From: a virus
DNA: 64,000 bases
IMG/VR virus record: IMGVR_UViG_3300035204_001027
Location: 31,512-95,511 of that record
Strand: one strand, 5' to 3'
In this document: piece by piece, positions 1 through 8,136 of the stretch
How the letters are laid out: every line of letters begins with the position of its first letter
Numbering within the stretch: the stretch's first letter is position 1
Program-made: the position numbers and the translations under genes
Notes under the pieces: model-generated
Seen by the model: the letters and a program-made list of their open reading frames with translations, nothing else
Databases searched by the model: none
Told to the model about the DNA's origin: nothing

Positions 1-642
1 GTCGTAGTAAGCGATGGTGGAGCCAAAGTCCGTGGCATCTATGACTTTACTAATGAAGTCAAAAAGGTGAAGGGCGTTGGTGATGAGATGGGCTTCCGTC
101 TAATCGTTAACAATTCTTTTGACCGTAGCTTACGCATTAGCTTCCAACTTGGATTGCTGCGCCTAGTCTGCACCAATGGAATGACCACTCTTGAGAAAGA
201 GTTCGACCTAACCAAAAAGCATTCTGCTCAATGCAAACTTGATGACCTATTGACAGATGACAATCTGGACAAGGCTTTTAACAAGTTCGAGGCTTCTCTC
301 GGAGTGTACAGTCGTCTTGCTGATGTAAAGCTCAAGCAAGAAGAGGGGCTGAATGTTTTACAGCGTTTGGCAAAGGCTAACACCATTAGTGAAAAGCTGC
401 GCGAAGGTATCGCTCACATTTGGAATAATCCAACCTACTCGGAGGATAAGGCTCGCAACCTTTACAACCTCAACAATGCCGTGACCCAGTACGTCACTGA
501 AAACGTGTCAGAGGACAGGTTTGAGTACGCGAACCGTATCACCAGCCAAGTGCTGCGTTCCTTCAACCGTGCTACGAAGAGCAAGTCATCGCTGACCAAG
601 CTGACCTCTGCTCTCCCTGCACCAGTGGTTGCAAATAACTAA
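1..642 (+). CDS. DUF932-family phage protein, 5'-truncated by window edge
   Basis: Frame is open from base 1. The N-S-F-D...RLVCTNGM motif is characteristic of DUF932. Confidence 0.7.
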   Translation, partial: VVVSDGGAKVRGIYDFTNEVKKVKGVGDEMGFRLIVNNSFDRSLRISFQLGLLRLVCTNGMTTLEKEFDLTKKHSAQCKLDDLLTDDNLDKAFNKFEASLGVYSRLADVKLKQEEGLNVLQRLAKANTISEKLREGIAHIWNNPTYSEDKARNLYNLNNAVTQYVTENVSEDRFEYANRITSQVLRSFNRATKSKSSLTKLTSALPAPVVANN

Positions 643-666
643 ATAATAAAATACAAATAACAAATC

Positions 667-695
667 GCTCACCCTTACGGGTGGGCATTTTTTTT
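667..695 (+). terminator. Rho-independent terminator
   Basis: GCTCACCC-TTAC-GGGTGGGC hairpin followed by A and T8, just after the 642 stop. Confidence 0.8.
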
Positions 696-782
696 GCTTG
701 ACTTCGGGGCCCGGGTTGTCAAGCTTTTTCGGTGTGACATATTGTCTCTTGACTTTCGGTGTTTTGTGTGGTACATTGTAGT

Positions 783-896
783 ATGAAATCCGATCACAGA
801 GAATTGTTGTTTGTTATTGGCCTTGGAATGGCCTCGTTTATAGTTATCATACTTACGGGAGTTTACATGGAAACAAAAGGATTTGGCACTTGGTGA
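783..896 (+). CDS. 37-aa single-TM micropeptide (paralog of 8038-8136)
   Basis: Leaderless ATG 5 nt after the -10. MKSDHRELLFVIGLGMASFIVIILTGVYMETKGFGTW. Not in the ORF track. Confidence 0.75.
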   Translation: MKSDHRELLFVIGLGMASFIVIILTGVYMETKGFGTW

Positions 897-945
897 GTAA
901 AAAAAGTGCTTGACAAACTGACGGAAACCTGCTATACTATTATTT

Positions 946-1107
946 ATGACAGTTAAAGAAAAGAAGAAGTTGGACTTTGTGTTGTTCATGCAAGTGGTTG
1001 CTGGCACACGCAACGTGAAACCTATTGACCGTTTGATGGCTCTCGCAAAAGATGTTGTCGCTATCCGTGACGGTGAAGAACCTAAAGAATCGAAGGAGCT
1101 TATTTAA
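946..1107 (+). CDS. 53-aa hypothetical early protein
   Basis: Leaderless ATG 7 nt after the -10. MTVKEKKKLDFVLFMQ... Confidence 0.65.
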   Translation: MTVKEKKKLDFVLFMQVVAGTRNVKPIDRLMALAKDVVAIRDGEEPKESKELI

Positions 1108-1108
1108 C

Positions 1109-1573
1109 ATGGAAAATCATTGGAACAAAAAAGTAGAATTACTCTATCGTAACTGTGGCACAAACTGGGCTGTGTTTATTCGTGGCGCAGCCGATGACGT
1201 AGAACAGGAGTTTTATGGTATGTATAACCACGGAGCGACTGACGGAGAGATTCAATGGCAAACACCAGAGAACGCTTATTTTTGGACTACTAGAGAAAAG
1301 CTCGAAAAGTGTCTCACGAACCGAGCATTGTTCTGGCTATTGAATCAAGACGGACACGAAGAATCTGACGAGGAAGAATTGCTACCCGTAGCGAAACAGA
1401 TGGCTGAAACTCTTATGGGTGAGATGGTTCAACAGTCGAACTTGATGACCTTTGGGAATACTTATGACACTTATGAACTTGGTGAAGTGTCAGCGGAATC
1501 GAGCGAGGAGCATATCAACAACGGCCCATCTACCGTGCAAGTTAACATCAGCAGATTAATGGGATCTCTATAA
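1109..1573 (+). CDS. Hypothetical early protein
   Basis: Track ORF 1052..1573. Start moved to ATG 1109, which has an upstream AAGGAG and follows the previous stop directly. Confidence 0.7.
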   Translation: MENHWNKKVELLYRNCGTNWAVFIRGAADDVEQEFYGMYNHGATDGEIQWQTPENAYFWTTREKLEKCLTNRALFWLLNQDGHEESDEEELLPVAKQMAETLMGEMVQQSNLMTFGNTYDTYELGEVSAESSEEHINNGPSTVQVNISRLMGSL

Positions 1574-1616
1574 AAAAGGGCTTGACAATCAAGCTGAAAC
1601 GTGCTATATTATACTC

Positions 1617-2345
1617 ATGAAACTACTTGGAATCGACACAAACGCAAAAACCCGTAAAGGCCAGAAAAAAGGTTATATGACGGGAATCTCTTACCTCGCA
1701 CCCAGCAATGCCAGCGGTGTGATGAACACTTGCCCATCAGCGAGCAAAGGCTGTCGTGCAGCTTGCCTGTTTACGTCAGGGAGAGGCCGTATGAATCCTG
1801 TTATGGAAGCTAGAATCAACAAGACAAAACTTCTTGCCAGTGATTCGCTGTCATACTTAAAACAGCTTAAACGTGAGATTGAAGCTCTAATGAAACGCGC
1901 AGCGAAGAATGATAAAACCGCCTGTGTTCGTCTCAATGGCACTAGCGATATTGCTTGGGAGGAATACTTGTTAGACGGAAAGAATATCTTTGAGCATTTC
2001 CCGAATTGTCAATTTTACGACTACACAAAGCGTCTGGCTCGTGTTGCTGATTATGCAAACGGAAAGTTGCCGAGCAACTATCACTTGACCTTTTCTCATA
2101 GTGAAAACACTAGCGAAGAAACTGTGAAAGATGTTTTGAATCGTGGCGTGAATGTCGCTGTGGTTTACAAAGACGTTTTGCCGGTAGAAGATTTCGGTGG
2201 TGTAGAGGTCGTCAATGGTGATGAAGATGATTTGCGTTTTTTAGATGCTATCGGAAAAATCGTTGGCCTAATCTATAAGAAAACTAAAGCAACAGAAGAT
2301 GAATGGAATGGATTTGTGCGCCTCACGAAAGTAGAGGTGGCATAG
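1617..2345 (+). CDS. Gene product 88 (GP88)-family protein
   Basis: TCP-A-S-GC--AC, RLNGTSD, FYDYTK, YHLTFS and GDEDDLRFLD motifs. Leaderless start. Confidence 0.8.
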   Translation: MKLLGIDTNAKTRKGQKKGYMTGISYLAPSNASGVMNTCPSASKGCRAACLFTSGRGRMNPVMEARINKTKLLASDSLSYLKQLKREIEALMKRAAKNDKTACVRLNGTSDIAWEEYLLDGKNIFEHFPNCQFYDYTKRLARVADYANGKLPSNYHLTFSHSENTSEETVKDVLNRGVNVAVVYKDVLPVEDFGGVEVVNGDEDDLRFLDAIGKIVGLIYKKTKATEDEWNGFVRLTKVEVA

Positions 2346-2405
2346 ATGATAGCTATAACAATTTTCATGTGTTGGTGTGCGTGGTCTATGCTCAAAAGAA
2401 TGTAA
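2346..2405 (+). CDS. Possible 19-aa hydrophobic micropeptide
   Basis: ATG immediately after the GP88 stop. MIAITIFMCWCAWSMLKRM. Confidence 0.35.
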   Translation: MIAITIFMCWCAWSMLKRM

Positions 2406-2454
2406 CTCTTAAATAGATAATATTAAATAGGTTAGTAAAGTATTACAATTAAAT

Positions 2455-2528
2455 AGTGGTGTGGCCAAGTGGTAAGGCGTTGCTCTGCAAAAGCGAGATC
2501 GTGGGTTCGACTCCCACCACCACTTCCA
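2455..2528 (+). tRNA. tRNA-Cys (GCA)
   Basis: Acceptor AGTGGTG/CACCACT, D-loop AAGTGGTAA, anticodon arm TTGCT-CTGCAAA-AGCGA, T-arm GTGGG-TTCGACT-CCCAC, discriminator U, encoded CCA. Confidence 0.93.
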
Positions 2529-2611
2529 CTTTGGCGGCCCGGGCCGTCAAGCATAAAAAAACTTTAAAAAATCGCTTGACAAATGGGCGTTTATGTGTTA
2601 TATTATACCTA

Positions 2612-2896
2612 ATGAAAAACATAAAACCTATCGACGGCGGCGAATCTTTTGCAGTACATCAACACATCATCCTAAAGAACTTCTGGGAGTATTACCTCGG
2701 AGAGACTGATGAAGATGGCGTGGCTTTTGGCTATGTGATGGGGTTTGAGAATGAGTGGGGCAGCGTCTATATGCCAGAGATTGAGCCTCACATTATAAGC
2801 ATTGCACGGGGCAGAGAGCTTGAAGATGTTATGCCTCCATTTAACTATAAGTGGGAAGAGTCTGCCCTTCAAGATTTTCTCGAAGAAAGTGCTTGA
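2612..2896 (+). CDS. DUF2958-like protein
   Basis: The W-Y-L-E-D-DG-AFG-V-G-E-E-G-V---E pattern resembles DUF2958. Leaderless ATG at 2612. The stop TGA lies inside the next -35. Confidence 0.6.
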   Translation: MKNIKPIDGGESFAVHQHIILKNFWEYYLGETDEDGVAFGYVMGFENEWGSVYMPEIEPHIISIARGRELEDVMPPFNYKWEESALQDFLEESA

Positions 2897-2928
2897 CAAA
2901 CAGGAGAAAGTGTGGTATATTATAGCAT

Positions 2929-3180
2929 ATGAAGTTACAAGAAGGAAGAGAAAGAGCAAGTAATCTGAAACTGGGCGCAGTCTATTTTCATGATAATGAG
3001 GCAAAACGGCTAGACCAAATCATAAGCTGTCAAGGTGTGTGGCTTGTTGATGCCGTTGGTGATGGGTATGGTGAAACTATCCCCTTTGATGAGGTCGGGT
3101 ACGCTGACCTTGATGAGGTGCAAGATTTCGTTGATGATTGCGAAGTGGCACTAGGAGAGAAAGCTCCTTTAGATTATTAA
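2929..3180 (+). CDS. Hypothetical acidic early protein
   Basis: Leaderless ORF behind promoter 2893. Confidence 0.75.
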   Translation: MKLQEGRERASNLKLGAVYFHDNEAKRLDQIISCQGVWLVDAVGDGYGETIPFDEVGYADLDEVQDFVDDCEVALGEKAPLDY

Positions 3181-3242
3181 AATTAATCCTTGACAAAGTG
3201 GTCAAGTTTGTGGTATTATTATATACAGTTGAGCGAGAAATC

Positions 3243-3254
3243 GTTCTTTGAAAA
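3243..3254 (+). promoter_or_regulatory. boxA-like antitermination element
   Basis: GTTCTTTGAAAA ~20 nt after the predicted start site of promoter 3190. Matches the rrn boxA variant seen in many bacteria. Confidence 0.6.
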
Positions 3255-3258
3255 TTTA

Positions 3259-3407
3259 AGGGTGAAATTGGTGTTGCTGGACTGGATAACAAGGTTCGAA
3301 GGTCAAACAAGGCGACAGCCTGACGCAGGAAAGCCCCTAGTGGAAGCGCGACGAAGCTAGACGGTGATACGATACTGGTCGGGTCAGGTTCGAATCCTGA
3401 CACCCTG
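3259..3407 (+). ncRNA. tRNA-like structured RNA (unit 1)
   Basis: AGGGTG (3259-64) pairs with CACCCT (3401-06), stacked on a canonical T-arm TCAGG-TTCGAAT-CCTGA. The ~120-nt interior has several stems. No anticodon arm and no CCA. Confidence 0.65.
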
Positions 3408-3415
3408 AACAATTT

Positions 3416-3716
3416 AAGCTGACGACGGTTGGCTTAAGGGAATGGCTGAATATCCCTCCAACATAAGGGGAAAGGCATGGGGCCACCTGAGAGAGTGTTA
3501 TCGCATGACTCTTGTGGTTTTAGTAGACTGGTTAACTTGAACTGTATTGTGTGCTGGTCTTGATGGTAATGCAGCAATCCATCTTCCCATTAATTTATAG
3601 GGTGAAGTAACAAACGTCCGCAAAGAGGAAACGGCCCAATAAACAAAGTGCAAGGAGTTGTGGCGTAACGGTGCATCGTGCCACGTAAAGCACTTAAAAA
3701 ATTCTCCCTTTTTTTT
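3416..3716 (+). ncRNA. Two further candidate structured RNAs (units 2 and 3)
   Basis: No + strand ORF, and each unit is preceded by AATTT. Closing stems are GGGAA-TGG/CCA-TC-TTCCC (3438-3588) and AGGGTGAA/TTCTCCCT (3599-3709), followed by a T-run. Confidence 0.5.
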
Positions 3717-3765
3717 GTCGATCATAAATACCTTTTTTTGATCGGCAATTTTTTTTGTCGATCAT
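3711..3765. repeat. Direct repeat TTTTTTGTCGATCAT x2 (40-bp period) with an intervening T-tract/GATC
   Basis: Copies at 3711-3725 and 3751-3765. Confidence 0.7.
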
Positions 3766-4020
3766 TCGTGAGCGGCTAATTCTTTTGCCAATCAATTATG
3801 GCAATTAATGAGCGACAAAGAGGGTAATTGTTTTGCAAGATAATACTGTTTTCGTGGGATATCTCCTCCAATAATTTCGTAAATAGCACGAATTTCACAT
3901 CGGAGAAATACCCCCTTTTTACGAAACTTAAACGTGATACTCATCCGGCGGCCCGGGGCCTGAAAAAAAATGAAAAAACCGCTTGACAAACCCTGATTTG
4001 TGTGGTATATTATATCCATA

Positions 4021-4326
4021 ATGAACGACAAAATAGAAAACCTAATAAACAACCACATCACTCGACTTCAGCAGAACATCCTTGATCGTGACCACTCGGT
4101 CATGGCGTGTGGTGCTCGCAGCAATCCATTCCACGCTCAACTCGATGAGATTGACCTCAAGAATATAGCCTCTCTCAGAGAGGGTCGCATCCCACAGTAC
4201 AGCGACCACATGGCTTGCCTCGTTGGTGATGGCCCACATGATATGAGCGAGTTTCGTGACCTGACTTACGAGAAGGAGCATGAGGCTGCTGGCCTCTATG
4301 AGGGGGTTGAGCCGAGCCTAACTTAA
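4021..4326 (+). CDS. Hypothetical early protein
   Basis: ATG 9 nt after the -10. The track start at 4000 lies inside the promoter. Confidence 0.7.
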   Translation: MNDKIENLINNHITRLQQNILDRDHSVMACGARSNPFHAQLDEIDLKNIASLREGRIPQYSDHMACLVGDGPHDMSEFRDLTYEKEHEAAGLYEGVEPSLT

Positions 4327-4449
4327 TAGGCTACCCAGCCTAGCCGCCAAAGCTGCGCTTGAGACACAGCGCGACGAGGGGCTAGGCTCAGGGCCCGGGC
4401 CCTGAAGAAAGTGCTTGACAAACACCTGTTTATGTGTTACATTATAACA

Positions 4450-4578
4450 ATGAAACGACGAATCAAAGCACGGGTCAACAGAGATGGCCTGATGGGCAGC
4501 GCGTCTCGTGTCCATCGTGTGAGGAAGGGCAAGGGCTCTTATTGTCGTAAGTCTAAACACAAGAAAAATGAGTGGTAA
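4450..4578 (+). CDS. arfA: ArfA-like alternative ribosome-rescue factor (42 aa)
   Basis: MKRRIKARVNRDGLMGSASRVHRVRKGKGSYCRKSKHKKNEW contains the ArfA signature KGKGSYxRKxKH. Leaderless. Not in the ORF track. Confidence 0.72.
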   Translation: MKRRIKARVNRDGLMGSASRVHRVRKGKGSYCRKSKHKKNEW

Positions 4579-4744
4579 CTATTATGATGATGAAGGTTAC
4601 TTGGGCGATCACTATGTCGGTCAAAGTAAGTATGACTATGTGCTCAAGGAGTGCAAGCGGTGTGGTCAGAAGGTAGACATGAGTTCTGATCATGCTATCT
4701 GTAATTCATGTGCCGATGCAATGGAGCGAGGGTGGGAGTATTGA
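4568..4744 (+). CDS. 58-aa zinc-ribbon protein
   Basis: CKRC...CNSC. Overlaps the end of the upstream gene. Not in the ORF track. Confidence 0.65.
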   Translation: MSGNYYDDEGYLGDHYVGQSKYDYVLKECKRCGQKVDMSSDHAICNSCADAMERGWEY

Positions 4745-4869
4745 TACTCTTAACCCTATTAATAGTAATAACTATTTGGTTGATGGTTAAAAGATACTGA
4801 GGGCCCCGGCCCTGAAAAAAGTTAAAAAAACTGCTTGACAAACAGCCATTTGTGTGTTATATTATACCA

Positions 4870-5076
4870 ATGATAAGCGAGATGGATAAGTTTAAAGAAG
4901 ATGCAGCTTTCAAGCTGTTTGGTCGCAGCCGCATACTTGCCATCGCTGGCAACGGGTGCGTGAAGTGTGGCGAGAGCGCGGTTGATTTCCGTGACGAACT
5001 CTCCCGCAAGGAGTACGGCATCTCTGGCTTGTGCCAGTGCTGCCAAGACAGCGTCTTTGGTGTGGAGGAGGACTAA
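4870..5076 (+). CDS. Small zinc-finger protein
   Basis: CVKC...SGLCQCCQD. Leaderless ATG at 4870. Confidence 0.75.
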   Translation: MISEMDKFKEDAAFKLFGRSRILAIAGNGCVKCGESAVDFRDELSRKEYGISGLCQCCQDSVFGVEED

Positions 5077-5255
5077 TGAGATTAAACGAGATTAGCCCAG
5101 AGAGCATGGGCATGAGGCCCACGGACAAGCCTAAATTGATAGACGCTACGCCTACGCCTATGCATGACCAAAAGGATTGGATTCAGGACAGTGATGGGAC
5201 ATGGGTATGTGATTGGTACATGGAGGACGGGTATGATGTCAGATGCAGAGATTAG
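5076..5255 (+). CDS. Hypothetical protein
   Basis: TAATG coupling with the upstream gene. MRLNEISPES... Confidence 0.55.
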   Translation: MRLNEISPESMGMRPTDKPKLIDATPTPMHDQKDWIQDSDGTWVCDWYMEDGYDVRCRD

Positions 5256-5382
5256 ATTAAGTGAGTTATTAGATAGCTTTAATAGTGAAGAAGAATGGCT
5301 AGCATATAGGGAATCTTATCCCTTAATACCAATAAGCTCAAATGATGATGTCCCTTGGAATTATGATATGAAAATCTTCTGA
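5233..5382 (+). CDS. Hypothetical protein
   Basis: 3' part of track ORF 5164..5382. GGAGG lies upstream of ATGATG. Confidence 0.45.
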   Translation: MMSDAEIRLSELLDSFNSEEEWLAYRESYPLIPISSNDDVPWNYDMKIF

Positions 5383-5451
5383 GGCCCCGGGCCTGAAAAA
5401 AAGTAAAAAAACCCCTTGACAAGAGGCTGTTTCTGTGGTATATTATGTCAT

Positions 5452-5697
5452 ATGAAAAACGATACAGTAACTCAAACCATCACCGAAGCCCAAGTCACCC
5501 AGCGCAAGCTGAATGAGATCAACAACAATTTCAACCTCACCGATGAGTACGTCGAGCATTTGGATCAAGCCGTGACTCAACTACTAGCTAACAAGGAACG
5601 CCTGAATAAGGCTCTAGGCATCCTCAACAAGCTGCCTTCTTCCTTGGAGGATAAGTTCGTCAAGGTCAATCCTAACCAGCAAGAACGCCGCTGGTAG
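5452..5697 (+). CDS. Hypothetical coiled-coil early protein
   Basis: Leaderless ATG at 5452. Confidence 0.7.
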   Translation: MKNDTVTQTITEAQVTQRKLNEINNNFNLTDEYVEHLDQAVTQLLANKERLNKALGILNKLPSSLEDKFVKVNPNQQERRW

Positions 5698-5791
5698 GCC
5701 TTGGCCCTTCGGGGCCCGGGCCCTGAAAAAAAAGTAAAAAAAGTGCCCTCCAGCCCTTGACAAGGGGTCATTTGTGTGCTATATTATGGTA

Positions 5792-6073
5792 ATGAAAAAC
5801 GATACTCCAACTTACACCCTCTGGAACGGCCCTACTCTAATCGACACTTTTGAGCATAACCGTGAGGGCTATGACTCTGCTCTAGAGCGGGCTTTCGACC
5901 TTGGCCCTAGTGCCTCCATCTACTCCACTCGTGATGACCTTGTGTGGTCTGCCGAGGCAGATGAGCCAAATGAGCCTAGCGATGCGTGGCACGATGCCGA
6001 CGCGCTTGCCTCTGCTGGATGGGGTACTGATGAGGACTACGGCTGCTATGGCCCAGAGGATTGCTGGGAATAG
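5792..6073 (+). CDS. Hypothetical acidic early protein
   Basis: Leaderless ATG at 5792. C-terminal DADALASAGWGTDEDYG. Confidence 0.75.
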   Translation: MKNDTPTYTLWNGPTLIDTFEHNREGYDSALERAFDLGPSASIYSTRDDLVWSAEADEPNEPSDAWHDADALASAGWGTDEDYGCYGPEDCWE

Positions 6074-6175
6074 CAATCTCAGGCCCCGGGCTGTCAAGCA
6101 AAAAAAGTTATTCACAATCGAAGAAAGTGCCTTGACAAACGGGCGATTCTGTGGTATATTATAAGTATAACAACG

Positions 6176-6379
6176 ATGAAAAACTACACACCGACAATCG
6201 CCCAGAGAACTAGGATGATGACCGCTATTGAAAGCGAGCTAGAACGAGAGAATCCGAATTATGCACATTTGACTATTACCTTTGGTATGATGCAGCACGC
6301 TGCTGATGAAGGTACAGGAGGAGACCATTACGACTATTTAGAGAGATTGTGGAATATGTTCAATCTCGAAAAAAGATGA
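6176..6379 (+). CDS. Hypothetical early protein
   Basis: ORF behind promoter 6132. Confidence 0.7.
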   Translation: MKNYTPTIAQRTRMMTAIESELERENPNYAHLTITFGMMQHAADEGTGGDHYDYLERLWNMFNLEKR

Positions 6380-6431
6380 AAAAAGTGCTTGACAAACGGT
6401 CGATTATGTGGTATATTTAGGTATTAAGATT

Positions 6432-6686
6432 ATGATAAACGAGACAGAACTATTACTGAATCAAGAGGTAGAAGTGACATTCCAACGAAGCCAACTTTGG
6501 GGCAAGCGTGGTCACGTTCTAGGCATTATGGCTGATGGTCGTACATTAGATATTGAGCTACATGGTGGCAAACGGGTATTCCTAGATGTCACTTTTGTGG
6601 ATGAGATTCGTGAACGTACACAGTTCGCCAAGACCGAGCAAAGCCTCGGCCCAATCGCTAACCATCTCATTAAGGATACGCTTTAA
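6432..6686 (+). CDS. Hypothetical protein (KOW/SH3-like beta pattern)
   Basis: ORF behind promoter 6389. Start at ATG 6432. Confidence 0.65.
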   Translation: MINETELLLNQEVEVTFQRSQLWGKRGHVLGIMADGRTLDIELHGGKRVFLDVTFVDEIRERTQFAKTEQSLGPIANHLIKDTL

Positions 6687-6688
6687 TT

Positions 6689-6919
6689 ATGAAACTCATT
6701 GTAAAGGAAATGCCCGCAAGGCAAAAGTTCTATCAGTTAGTAGATGCTGCGTGTTACGCTAGAATGGGATGCTCCATGCATGACCTACCTGATTTCCCAT
6801 ATAGTGATTACTATGATGATGAGATTATGTCTCATGAGGAAATGGTTAATGCAGCAGATATGTGCATTGAGGATCTAGTGCTTGAGCTTAAGAATGATAA
6901 CGAAGGATATTGGTTATGA
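6689..6919 (+). CDS. Hypothetical acidic protein
   Basis: ORF track. Starts 2 nt after the upstream stop. Confidence 0.7.
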   Translation: MKLIVKEMPARQKFYQLVDAACYARMGCSMHDLPDFPYSDYYDDEIMSHEEMVNAADMCIEDLVLELKNDNEGYWL

Positions 6920-6999
6920 GGAATTGGCTTGATATGTATGGTGGGTGGCTTGCGATAGTTCTCTATTTCATTCTAACAACTATTATTTGGAAATGGTAA
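6916..6999 (+). CDS. 27-aa TM micropeptide
   Basis: ATGA overlap. MRNWLDMYGGWLAIVLYFILTTIIWKW. Confidence 0.5.
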   Translation: MRNWLDMYGGWLAIVLYFILTTIIWKW

Positions 7000-7148
7000 A
7001 AAAACAAAAAGAACAAAAGCCTGTAATGGCTGAATTAGTACGCGTGTTAAAAGATAAGCCTAAAGGTCTTACTCTTAACGAAGTCAAAGGCAAGGGCTTG
7101 CAACTACCTTCTGGCCCTGCTCTAATCAATGGACAATGGACTTGGTAA
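6993..7148 (+). CDS. Hypothetical basic protein
   Basis: 3' part of track ORF 6945..7148, from ATG 6993. Confidence 0.55.
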   Translation: MVKKQKEQKPVMAELVRVLKDKPKGLTLNEVKGKGLQLPSGPALINGQWTW

Positions 7149-7150
7149 TT

Positions 7151-7297
7151 ATGAATGAAGAATATGCAAAACATCTAATGAAAGAATATAAAGAAGAAAG
7201 CCCATTTGAATTATGGGTGTGGTTCGTTGCTGCTCAATTGCTTTTCGGTATTATACTTATAGGCGTAATAGGTCTTTGTATGTGGATGGCTTCTTAA
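7151..7297 (+). CDS. 48-aa protein with C-terminal TM helix
   Basis: MNEEYAKHLMKEYKEESPFELWVWFVAAQLLFGIILIGVIGLCMWMAS. Confidence 0.55.
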   Translation: MNEEYAKHLMKEYKEESPFELWVWFVAAQLLFGIILIGVIGLCMWMAS

Positions 7298-7431
7298 TCA
7301 GGGGCGTCTAATAGAGGGCCGTAATAGTAGTTGTAAGGCGCTTTCTCATAGCGCCTAGGCTCAGGGCCCGGGGCTCAAAAAAAAGTAAAAAAACCGCTTG
7401 ACAGCACCCCATATCTGTGGTATATTATAGC

Positions 7432-7605
7432 ATGATTAAACGACAAGATTGGACTATCACCTTCGACGATGGCAGCACTGCATCCTACTTTAACATGACC
7501 TCTCTGGAGGCTGTGAGGTGCGCTGTGAGTGACTGGTATCCAGCCAAGCGTGTGGTGGCATGGGTGCCCCGTCAGGTGGACGTGTACAGCATAGCACTGG
7601 ACTAG
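7432..7605 (+). CDS. Hypothetical early protein
   Basis: Leaderless ATG at 7432. Confidence 0.7.
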   Translation: MIKRQDWTITFDDGSTASYFNMTSLEAVRCAVSDWYPAKRVVAWVPRQVDVYSIALD

Positions 7606-7609
7606 GGTC

Positions 7610-7669
7610 ATGCTGCTACTGGCTCTAATAGTGGTGTGGTGGGTATGGCTAGCAGTAGACCAGTATTGA
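7610..7669 (+). CDS. Possible 19-aa TM micropeptide
   Basis: MLLLALIVVWWVWLAVDQY. Its stop lies at the start of the next palindrome. Confidence 0.4.
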   Translation: MLLLALIVVWWVWLAVDQY

Positions 7670-7727
7670 GGGCCCGGGCCTTGAAAAAAGTCCTTGACAA
7701 GGGGTCATTTGTGTGGTATATTATAGT

Positions 7728-7901
7728 ATGACATTTAACAAAGGTGACAAAGTAGCACACAGGGATAACCCGATCCATTGGAGAGGTGAGGTGACAGAGG
7801 TAAAATTAAATGGGCGAATAAAGGTGATGCTCATTAACGGTAATGAGGTAGAGGTCGGGCCATATGTGCCATTGAAGCTAGATGTCTTTGCTGACGAATA
7901 A
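7728..7901 (+). CDS. Small SH3/KOW-like protein
   Basis: F-KGDKV...GEV-EV pattern. Leaderless ATG at 7728. Confidence 0.65.
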   Translation: MTFNKGDKVAHRDNPIHWRGEVTEVKLNGRIKVMLINGNEVEVGPYVPLKLDVFADE

Positions 7902-8037
7902 GCAATGACCCACCCCCACGGGGGGAGGGGGTACCCCCACCCCTATTCGAGGCCCGGGGTTTGAGACATGACCCGGATGGGGTGCCTCTCTAGAAAAAAG
8001 CCCTTGACAGATCGACACTTTCGTGGTATATTATGGT

Positions 8038-8136
8038 ATGAAAGATGATTATAGAGACATTTATTTCGTGATTTGCATCGGTATATTTTCCTTCCTCGCT
8101 ATTCTAGCAACAGGAATTTACATCGAGACGCTTTAG
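8038..8136 (+). CDS. 32-aa single-TM micropeptide (paralog of 783-896)
   Basis: MKDDYRDIYFVICIGIFSFLAILATGIYIETL. Leaderless. Confidence 0.75.
   Translation: MKDDYRDIYFVICIGIFSFLAILATGIYIETL

Noticed and set aside
3419-3490. Hammerhead ribozyme (CTGACGA ... GAAA)
   Set aside because: Stem II does not close next to the core, and the required U-H after stem III is absent.
3259-3716. tmRNA, RNase P or SRP RNA
   Set aside because: There is no G3-U70 alanine acceptor, CCA or tag frame. AGGAAAG and TCAGG resemble those RNAs only over a few bases.
2456-7901. Track start codons such as 2456, 4000, 4852, 5416, 5774, 6408, 7417, 7713
   Set aside because: They fall inside the tRNA or promoter elements (giving MWYII/MCYII/MVYY artefacts). 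The true starts are the ATGs just after the -10.
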